19,820 bases of DNA from Fidelibacterota bacterium (GTDB lineage: Bacteria; Fidelibacterota; Fidelibacteria; Fidelibacterales; Fidelibacteraceae), in the NCBI GenBank assembly GCA_034723415.1, contig JAYEOX010000035.1:1-19820 (forward strand), read 5' to 3'. Positions within the stretch are counted from its first letter, which is position 1; each line of letters begins with the position of its first letter. The notes below the pieces were generated by a model. That model did no database searches, was not told the DNA's origin, and saw only the letters and a program-made list of their open reading frames with translations. Of this stretch, positions 1 through 7,013 are shown piece by piece. The position numbers were made by a program, and so were the translations under genes.

Positions 1-1
1 A

Positions 2-931
2 AAGATAATTGGAGAAAGGTATAAGAATGCAACTGTAAATTATTTGACTAAAAGTAAATTTCGGTCTCTTGTAGAATTCCATCCGACTGTCAGTAATATA
101 ATAAATCTTGAAGAGCATTCTTCATTAACTCAATTGAGAAATTCAATTAAAAAGTCAGAATATGATCTAATTATTGATCTTCATAATTCTATGAGAAGTA
201 AATTAATTACTTTTGGTTTGAAAAATGTAAAAAGATATAAAAAACATAAAATTCAGCGATATTTTTTAACAAAATTCAAAATACGAATTGGTGAATTTCT
301 CCATGTTACACAAAAATATTTAGAAGCGATCAATGTAAAAGAGAAGATTAATTCATTTAAAATATTTTTACCGCCGGATGAAAAAATCAGAGATAATTTA
401 AGAGATAAATTCCAGCAATTGAAAAAGAGTAAATCTATTTTGGGAATTTCAGTTGGTGCATCGAAGCCATCAAAAATGTTTCCAATCCATAAATTAATTG
501 ATATAATAAATTCTGTCGGTTCAAATTTTGATGAAATTGTATTTTTGGGAAATGGTGAATTGGAAAATGAATTAACAAAAACCATCGCAGATAGGATCAA
601 TTTTAAATCCATAAATTTATGTTCCCAACTTACAATTTCAGAATTGATGTTATTCGTAAATGAATTGACAGTTTTTATTGGGAATGATTCGGGGATTGCT
701 CACATTTCAGCCGGAACCGGAGTAAATACAATTGCATTTTTTGGTCAAACAGTTCCGGAATATGGATTTACACCAATCGGAAATGTTGAAATTATTGAAC
801 CGGAAGAAGAATTATCCTGTCGCCCATGTGGACATCTTGGACATGACAAGTGCCCCAAAAAACACCACTATTGTATGGAAACAATGTCATCAGAAAAAAT
901 TGTAAATAAAATTAAGAAGTTTAATTTATGA
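2..931 (+). CDS. Glycosyltransferase family 9 (LPS heptosyltransferase, WaaF-like), 5'-truncated by the window edge
   Basis: The frame is open from base 2 (KIIGERYKNATVNYLTK...), so the TTG at 44 is internal. GT9 motifs YDLIIDLH, FIGNDSGIAHIS and AFFGQT...GFTP are present, with the C-terminal CRPC-x6-C-x6-C cluster. It lies directly upstream of waaA. Confidence 0.88.
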   Translation, partial: KIIGERYKNATVNYLTKSKFRSLVEFHPTVSNIINLEEHSSLTQLRNSIKKSEYDLIIDLHNSMRSKLITFGLKNVKRYKKHKIQRYFLTKFKIRIGEFLHVTQKYLEAINVKEKINSFKIFLPPDEKIRDNLRDKFQQLKKSKSILGISVGASKPSKMFPIHKLIDIINSVGSNFDEIVFLGNGELENELTKTIADRINFKSINLCSQLTISELMLFVNELTVFIGNDSGIAHISAGTGVNTIAFFGQTVPEYGFTPIGNVEIIEPEEELSCRPCGHLGHDKCPKKHHYCMETMSSEKIVNKIKKFNL

Positions 932-2358
932 GTAAAAGTATCTCTCGCACATTTCGGCTACGCTCAATGCACAAAGATATTAAGTCGCAAAGAAATATAA
1001 AGAATGGTTCTCGCAAAGTCGCAAAGTCGCAAAGAAATATAAAAAATGATTCTCACCAAGTCGCAAAATCGCAAAGAATTAAGAATAACACATTTTGGGT
1101 TATATTTTATAATATTTTAGTAATATTAATTTATCCGATAATTATTTTAGTAAGTTTTTTTAATTCCAAAATTAGAGCAGGAGTGAGGGGAAGAAAAATA
1201 ACTCTTAAGAAATTGACAAATTGGAGAAAAAATATTGATGACAAAGATTCAATAATTATGGTAAATTGCTCATCACTCGGAGAATATGAACAGGCGAAAC
1301 CTGTAATTGAAAAAATAAAAGCAGAAAATCCTAAGATCAAAATAGCTCTCTCATTTTTTTCACCAAGCGGATATGAGAATTTCAAGTATAATAATTTAGT
1401 TGATATAGTATATTATTTACCTTTTGATCTCTATTGGAAAATGTCAAAGTTAATTAATATAATGAATCCTATAGCAATAATAGACACAAGCTATGATATT
1501 TGGCCAAATTTACTCTTTAATGCTAATAAGAAGGGAATTACACACTATTTAATTTCGGCACGATTAAAAGAGAATACTTCAAAATTGAAACCAATATTTA
1601 GAAACTTTTTCAGGGTTTTATTTAGTTATTATAAAAGAATATTTACTGTTTCCAAGAATGATTATGAATTGTTCGGTTCACTATTAAGATCTTTATCAAG
1701 AGTAACAAATATTGGCGACACTCGTTTTGATAATGTAGAAAAAAGATACCAGAAATATAAAGATACAGAACTTTTACCGACTCACTGGAAAAATGAACAG
1801 GTCTTTATTTTTGGTTCAACACATAGTGAAGATTATGATAAAATAATGCCGGCGATCAAATTATTACAAAATAAATATAAAAATTTACATTTCGTTGTTG
1901 CTCCACACGATCCTGAAGAAAATATTTATTTGATGTTCAAAGAAGAATTGAGTAGTTTGGAGAAATTGTCTAAAATATCAAGTGAATCAGAAGTAAAAAA
2001 TATTTATGTGGATACAATTGGCGATCTGGCGAAATTGTATTTTTCATCTGATTTTGCTTATGTCGGTGGTGGTTTTGGAAACGATGGACTGCATAATGTA
2101 ATGGAACCGGCTGTTTGCGGAATTCCAATTTTTATCGGTCCAAACAATTCCAATTCTATTGAGGCGTCAGAATTGATCAAAAAAGGAGTGATTTTTGAAT
2201 TTAATTCGTCAGCACAATTAGTAAATATAGTTAATTCATTAATAAACAATTCTGATAATTATAAAAACATTTCCAAAAAGGCGAGAGAATATATAATTCG
2301 ATCGGTTGGTGCATCAGAAAAAATAATAGAATATTTGAGAAATGATAAAATTATCTAA
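928..2358 (+). CDS. waaA: 3-deoxy-D-manno-octulosonic acid (Kdo) transferase with a repeat-derived N-terminal extension
   Basis: Motifs CSSLGE, SFFSPSG, YLPFD, IWPN, GDTRFD, GSTH, DTIGDL, YVGGGF and HNVMEPA...GP are present, plus an N-terminal TM anchor (FWVIFYNILVILIYPIIILVSFF). The start overlaps the upstream stop (ATGA). An alternative ATG lies at 967. Confidence 0.93.
   Translation: MSKSISRTFRLRSMHKDIKSQRNIKNGSRKVAKSQRNIKNDSHQVAKSQRIKNNTFWVIFYNILVILIYPIIILVSFFNSKIRAGVRGRKITLKKLTNWRKNIDDKDSIIMVNCSSLGEYEQAKPVIEKIKAENPKIKIALSFFSPSGYENFKYNNLVDIVYYLPFDLYWKMSKLINIMNPIAIIDTSYDIWPNLLFNANKKGITHYLISARLKENTSKLKPIFRNFFRVLFSYYKRIFTVSKNDYELFGSLLRSLSRVTNIGDTRFDNVEKRYQKYKDTELLPTHWKNEQVFIFGSTHSEDYDKIMPAIKLLQNKYKNLHFVVAPHDPEENIYLMFKEELSSLEKLSKISSESEVKNIYVDTIGDLAKLYFSSDFAYVGGGFGNDGLHNVMEPAVCGIPIFIGPNNSNSIEASELIKKGVIFEFNSSAQLVNIVNSLINNSDNYKNISKKAREYIIRSVGASEKIIEYLRNDKII
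947..972 (-). repeat. Small REP-like hairpin element flanked by a GCAC direct repeat
   Basis: The + strand reads gcac-atttcggctacgctcaat-gcac. The - strand CATT-GA-GC-GTA-GCC-GA-AATG can form a CATT/AATG stem with tandem G.A mismatches and a GNA triloop. It is a GC-rich patch in AT-rich context. Confidence 0.45.
982..1078 (+). repeat. 42-bp tandem repeat (about 2.3 copies) built from 8-nt GTCGCAAA units, inside the waaA 5' end
   Basis: 982-1023 aagtcgcaaagaaatataaagaatggttctcgcaaagtcgca; 1024-1065 aagtcgcaaagaaatataaaaaatgattctcaccaagtcgca; 1066-1078 aaatcgcaaagaa. It encodes KSQRNIKNGSRKVA / KSQRNIKNDSHQVA / KSQR. Confidence 0.92.
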
Positions 2359-3055
2359 TATAAAAGTGTCGAGAAAATATTTTGAACTGAATATTGAAAA
2401 ATTCTCAATTGAAGATGGTAAAAGCATATTACTTCTTGGGAGCTCAGGATGTGGCAAAACGACTTTATTAAAATTATTAGCCGGATTTGTTGAGAAATAT
2501 GAAGGGAATGTTCATTTTGAAGATGTGGCTCAAACTAGCCCCATAATGTTACAAAATCCTATTGATCAGATGATAACTCCGACAGTGGAAACAGAACTAA
2601 AATTTCCATTAGTGAATGAAAATATAGAAGATGAAAAAATTGAAGAAAAGGTCAAAGATATTGCAAATTATTTTGGAATTGAAAAATTATTTAAAAGTAA
2701 TTTAAGAGAATTATCGTTTGGCGAGCTGCAAAAAGTAATGTTAGCAGCAACTTTTTTAGTGAATGCAAATTATTATTTTTTAGATGAACCAACAAGTCAT
2801 TTGGATTTTAAATCGATAAAAATATTATATAATTATATTGATAAAATTGTAAATGAAGGGAAAACTGTAATAATTGCAAGTCAAAATTTTGATGAATATT
2901 CTTTTACAGATAAAACGATAATAATGAATGATGGAAAGATAGTTGAATATATGGACAGTTGCAATATTGATGATAATAAAGACAAGATTAGTGAATATGG
3001 ATTAAGGTCTGCAGATAATGGAATTGTTAAAATAATGTTAGAGGATAAAACATAA
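2342..3055 (+). CDS. ABC ATPase, energy-coupling-factor (EcfA/CbiO-like) type
   Basis: Walker A GSSGCGKT; EcfA-like Q-loop MLQNPIDQMITPTVETEL; signature LSFGELQK; Walker B YFLDEPT; the switch position reads IASQ. Confidence 0.8.
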   Translation: MIKLSNIKVSRKYFELNIEKFSIEDGKSILLLGSSGCGKTTLLKLLAGFVEKYEGNVHFEDVAQTSPIMLQNPIDQMITPTVETELKFPLVNENIEDEKIEEKVKDIANYFGIEKLFKSNLRELSFGELQKVMLAATFLVNANYYFLDEPTSHLDFKSIKILYNYIDKIVNEGKTVIIASQNFDEYSFTDKTIIMNDGKIVEYMDSCNIDDNKDKISEYGLRSADNGIVKIMLEDKT

Positions 3056-3103
3056 AAGACATATAATAGAATGCTTTGCATAACTAAACCAAATAATAAA
3101 AAT

Positions 3104-3167
3104 GTTTAGAAGTTTAGTGGTTTAGTGGTTTAGAAGGTTAGTGGTTTAGTAGTTTAGAAGGTTAGAA
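3104..3167 (+). repeat. 8 x 8-bp tandem repeat, consensus G(T/G)TTAG(AA/TG)
   Basis: gtttagaa gtttagtg gtttagtg gtttagaa ggttagtg gtttagta gtttagaa ggttagaa. A short reverse-complement copy (ctaaacc) lies at 3084-3090. Confidence 0.95.
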
Positions 3168-3298
3168 ATGATCATAATTAACAATAAATTATAAAATGAA
3201 AGTGTATTTGTTATGTTAATCAAAGGTTTCTAATAAAATATAAGAGGGATAAAACAAAAACTTAAATGAACTTATAATCCTTATATGGTTCAAAAATA

Positions 3299-4036
3299 AT
3301 GAAAATATTACCATTCAAATACGAAATAAATAAAAATAAAACATTCATAAATGAAAAGATCATTGATATTTCACCGTATTCTTGTATTGGAATTATTGGT
3401 AAAATCGGCAGTGGGAAAAGTACATTGATAAAATTATTTGTAGATTATGAATTGCAAAATGTAGGTGCTTATGATAATTATAATTTTTCTGCATACCTAT
3501 CACAAGATCTAACTCGTTTATTTGTTGGCAATACACTTGAAACGATAATAAATCTATATGAGAATAAGAGTCATGAAATTGGAAAACATTTTGATAAAGA
3601 ATTATTTTTAAAATATATTGATAAATTAGAATTAAAAATAGATGATAAGTATAATAGACGATTAATTGATTTTTCTGTGGGAGAGGCGCAGCGAATTGCG
3701 ATTGCGTTAACTTCCGCAACGGTTTCGAAAATAGTTGTTTTTGATGAACCGACAACTGCACTAAACAATCATTATTTAAATATTTTTTATTCTATAGTTG
3801 ATGAAATTAAAAAGAGATCAAAAGTATTTATAATCTCGCATAATTTTTTAGATATTATAAAAACCAGTGAATATATTTTATTTATTGATGAGTTACAGAT
3901 AAAAGATGACTTTTTTATTGAACAAATTATTGCAAAAGACAAAATAATGAGTTATTTTTCGTTCTATGAAAAATATAAAATGAAAATGAAAGGAACTGAA
4001 AAAAGTGGTAAAAAAAATAACAAAACAGAGCATTAA
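3299..4036 (+). CDS. ABC ATPase, divergent second ECF-type (EcfA'-like) subunit
   Basis: Walker A GKIGSGKS; Q-loop YLSQDLTRLFVGNT; signature FSVGEAQRIAIA; Walker B VVFDEPT; H-switch IISHN. Confidence 0.72.
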   Translation: MKILPFKYEINKNKTFINEKIIDISPYSCIGIIGKIGSGKSTLIKLFVDYELQNVGAYDNYNFSAYLSQDLTRLFVGNTLETIINLYENKSHEIGKHFDKELFLKYIDKLELKIDDKYNRRLIDFSVGEAQRIAIALTSATVSKIVVFDEPTTALNNHYLNIFYSIVDEIKKRSKVFIISHNFLDIIKTSEYILFIDELQIKDDFFIEQIIAKDKIMSYFSFYEKYKMKMKGTEKSGKKNNKTEH

Positions 4037-5582
4037 AAAAAGAAGAGACATAATAAAAGGGAAATTAGATCCCAAAAAAGTTGATTCGCACATATTTTTT
4101 ACTTTGGCAAATATTATCAGTTTGATCAGAGCATTTCTGACATTACCGATTGTCTATTATTTTTATCAAGACAATATAAAAGTGGCAGTAATATTACTGA
4201 GTATAGCAGTAATAACTGATTGGTTAGATGGTTATGCTGCCAGACACGCTGAATCTGTAACAACTTACGGAAAAGCGTTGGATCCGTTGGCTGATAAATT
4301 AGTAGGAATGGGTGTTTTGGCGATTATGGTAGTTAAAATGGATTTCCCAATTTGGTTTATTGGAACTTTGGCAGTTAGAGATTTTTCGATAATTATTTTA
4401 GCAATGATCTTACATAATTCAAGGGGAATTGTTAAAGGAGCGAATATCTTAGGAAAAATATTCCTATTTGTAAGTACAGTTATGGGATTCGCTTGGATCT
4501 ATAATTATGTTAAACCATTTCCATATCCATATCACATTTATTTACTTTTTACAGCAACCGGTATGATGTTAATTAGTTGGATATATTATTTTGTTGAATT
4601 GATTAACTTGATAAGAAAATTACCTTATCAGCCGGTAATTGAGCGAGAAAAAATAGATAAAAAAGATAAAGGAATAGAGAATAAATTTTATTCCGGATTG
4701 AAAAAAACAAGAGATAAATTTAAGAATGGTTTGTTTTCACTCTTTGGAGACGGTTTAAAAATTGACAATAAATTTTTAGATGAAATTGAAGCATTTTTGT
4801 ATCAATCCGATATCGGAGCGAATATTACAGAAAAGTTGTTAGATGATATAAAAACAGCATCAAAAAAAGATAAAATAAATGATTTTAAAGATATTAAAAC
4901 AATCTTTTATGATAAATTTAGCGAATTATTTAAAGAAGATGATATTAAAGTAAATATTGAAAAGAACAAACCTTTTGTAATTCTCGTAACCGGTGTAAAT
5001 GGTTCCGGCAAGACGACTTCAATTGGAAAGTTAGCGAATTATTATTCACAAAAAGGGAAGAAGGTATTGATAGTTGCAGGTGATACATATAGAGCTGCAG
5101 CCGTTGAACAATTAGATGAATGGGCAAAAAGATCAAAAGTTGATATTATAAAAAATTTGGAAGCCAATAATCCTTCAGGAATTATTTTTGATGGAATAAG
5201 TGCCGGTATTTCAAGGAAATCAGATGTTATTATTGTTGATACTGCAGGGCGATTACATAATAAAAAACATCTTATGGAAGAATTGATAAAGATTGAACGA
5301 GTGATAAAAAAGGTAATTCCTGATGCTCCACACGAGTCGTTGCTTGTAATTGATGGAACGATTGGACAAAATAGTTTAATTCAAGCAAAAGAGTTTATGA
5401 ACAGTATCCCAATAACCGGATTAATTATGACGAAATTAGATGGTACCGCTAAGGGAGGAATTTTAATAGCAATTAAAGATGAATTAAATATTCCGGTAAA
5501 ATTTATTGGGCTTGGTGAAAAGATTGAAGATCTGCTTCCATTTTCTTCCGAATATTATATTGAATCGCTGTTTGGAAAATAA
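4005..5582 (+). CDS. ftsY: Fusion protein: N-terminal CDP-alcohol phosphatidyltransferase (PgsA-like) plus C-terminal signal recognition particle receptor FtsY (NG domain)
   Basis: Residues about 30-200 carry TLANIISLIR, the CDP-alcohol phosphotransferase signature DWLDGYAAR...TTYGKALDPLADK, VRD, GANILGK and several TM helices. Residues 228-525 carry FYSGLKKTR, GVNGSGKTT, DTYRAAA, DTAGR, TKLDGTAKGG and GLGE. The reading frame is continuous. The GTG start has AGGA upstream. Confidence 0.93.
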   Translation: MVKKITKQSIKKRRDIIKGKLDPKKVDSHIFFTLANIISLIRAFLTLPIVYYFYQDNIKVAVILLSIAVITDWLDGYAARHAESVTTYGKALDPLADKLVGMGVLAIMVVKMDFPIWFIGTLAVRDFSIIILAMILHNSRGIVKGANILGKIFLFVSTVMGFAWIYNYVKPFPYPYHIYLLFTATGMMLISWIYYFVELINLIRKLPYQPVIEREKIDKKDKGIENKFYSGLKKTRDKFKNGLFSLFGDGLKIDNKFLDEIEAFLYQSDIGANITEKLLDDIKTASKKDKINDFKDIKTIFYDKFSELFKEDDIKVNIEKNKPFVILVTGVNGSGKTTSIGKLANYYSQKGKKVLIVAGDTYRAAAVEQLDEWAKRSKVDIIKNLEANNPSGIIFDGISAGISRKSDVIIVDTAGRLHNKKHLMEELIKIERVIKKVIPDAPHESLLVIDGTIGQNSLIQAKEFMNSIPITGLIMTKLDGTAKGGILIAIKDELNIPVKFIGLGEKIEDLLPFSSEYYIESLFGK

Positions 5583-5700
5583 TAACCACTAAATACACAA
5601 AGATGGCACAACGAACACAAAGAATAATTATTAATGTAGAAAGTGGATAAAAAAATGTAACTTGGAGATCTTTGTAAAAATTTAATGAATGTTGTGATAA
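5583..5700. repeat. Degenerate 40-bp inverted repeat pair built from 9-nt-period CACAAAG-type units
   Basis: The left arm 5583-5622 is taaccactaaatacacaaagatggcacaacgaacacaaag. The reverse complement of the right arm 5661-5700 is ttatcacaacattcattaaatttttacaaagatctccaag. They match at 24/40 positions without gaps, with a 38-bp spacer. Confidence 0.6.
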
Positions 5701-5713
5701 AAGAATTCAAAAT

Positions 5714-7012
5714 ATGAGAAAAATAAATATAATTAATTTAGGGTGTTCAAAAAATTTAGTTGATAGTGAAATTGTCAAAGGCGGATTGATAGACAACGAT
5801 TTTCAATATGTGAATGATATAGAAAAAGCTGAAATAGTAATTGTTAATACTTGTGGATTTATACTTTCGGCAAGAGAAGAATCAATCGATACGATTTTGG
5901 AAATTGTTAAAATGAAACAGGAAAATAAACTGAAAAAAGTAATTGTAATGGGTTGTTTGTCAGATAGGTTTGAACAGGAATTGAGTAAGGAAATTCCGGA
6001 AGTTGACAAATATTTTGGTGCAAATCAAATGTCTGAAGTAATAAATTATTTATCTTCAGATAATAAAAAATACGATCCAATTTATAACAGAAGTTTAATG
6101 ACGAAACCACATTATGCGTTTTTGAAAATATCTGAAGGTTGTAGTAATAATTGTTCTTTTTGTTCGATTCCGATAATGCGAGGAAAACAAATAAGTCGTC
6201 CACTTAATGAAATTATTGAAGAGGCAAACTATTTAGTCGAGAAAAAGCACATTAAAGAGCTGATAGTAATTGCACAAGATACAACTACTTATGGCTATGA
6301 CTTAAATGAAAATATTAGATTATTTGATGTATTAAAAGAGTTAGATAAGATCTCAAAAGTAAAATGGATACGACTTCATTATACTCATCCTGATCATTTT
6401 GATGAGAGAATAATTGAGCTGATTTCAAAAGCAAAACGGATTATTCCTTATATTGATATACCTTTTCAACATGTAAATGAAGAGATCTTAAGAAAGATGA
6501 ATCGCAGAGGAAATGCTAATAAATTTACAAAATTGGTAAATAAATTAAGAAATAGAATACCAAAACTTATTTTACGAACAACATTTATTGTAGGATTCCC
6601 GGGTGAGACAAAAGGACAATTTTCAGAATTATATAATTTTATAAATGATGTTAAATTTGAGAGATTGGGAGTTTTTAAATATAGCGAAGAACAAGATACA
6701 GCAGCAGAAAAATTTGAAGACGATATCTCGGAAAAGATCAAAGAAGAAAGGTTAAATAAAATAATGAAATTGCAACAGAAAATTTCGTTAGAATTGAATA
6801 AAAAATTAGTTGGAACAACACAAAATGTTTTAATTGATGAATATGATGAAAATTCAAAAGTCGCTTATGGTAGAACATATATGGATTCACCGGAAATTGA
6901 TAATTCAGTTATTATCGAAGAAAAATTAAACGAAGGTAAATTCTATAAAATAAAAATAAATGATTATATGGAATATGATCTGTTCGGTGAAAAGATTCTA
7001 AAAATTAAATAA
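5714..7012 (+). CDS. rimO: Ribosomal protein S12 methylthiotransferase RimO
   Basis: LGCSKNLVDSE, VNTCGFI...EESI and GCL (N-terminal cysteines); radical SAM motif CSNNCSFC; LRTTFIVGFPGET; GRT...SPEID TRAM domain. Confidence 0.96.
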   Translation: MRKINIINLGCSKNLVDSEIVKGGLIDNDFQYVNDIEKAEIVIVNTCGFILSAREESIDTILEIVKMKQENKLKKVIVMGCLSDRFEQELSKEIPEVDKYFGANQMSEVINYLSSDNKKYDPIYNRSLMTKPHYAFLKISEGCSNNCSFCSIPIMRGKQISRPLNEIIEEANYLVEKKHIKELIVIAQDTTTYGYDLNENIRLFDVLKELDKISKVKWIRLHYTHPDHFDERIIELISKAKRIIPYIDIPFQHVNEEILRKMNRRGNANKFTKLVNKLRNRIPKLILRTTFIVGFPGETKGQFSELYNFINDVKFERLGVFKYSEEQDTAAEKFEDDISEKIKEERLNKIMKLQQKISLELNKKLVGTTQNVLIDEYDENSKVAYGRTYMDSPEIDNSVIIEEKLNEGKFYKIKINDYMEYDLFGEKILKIK

Positions 7013-7013
7013 A

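Noticed and set aside
982..1078. 42-bp repeats as a CRISPR array
   Set aside because: The units are directly tandem with near-identical intervening sequence. There are no unique spacers and no cas genes.
3102..3125. Mini-ORF MFRSLVV within the octamer array as a leader peptide
   Set aside because: It has no RBS or attenuator structure and is a by-product of the repeat.
4686..5582. ftsY as a separate gene with its own start
   Set aside because: There is no stop after the PgsA-like domain and no in-frame ATG or GTG in the linker. Only RBS-poor TTG codons are available.
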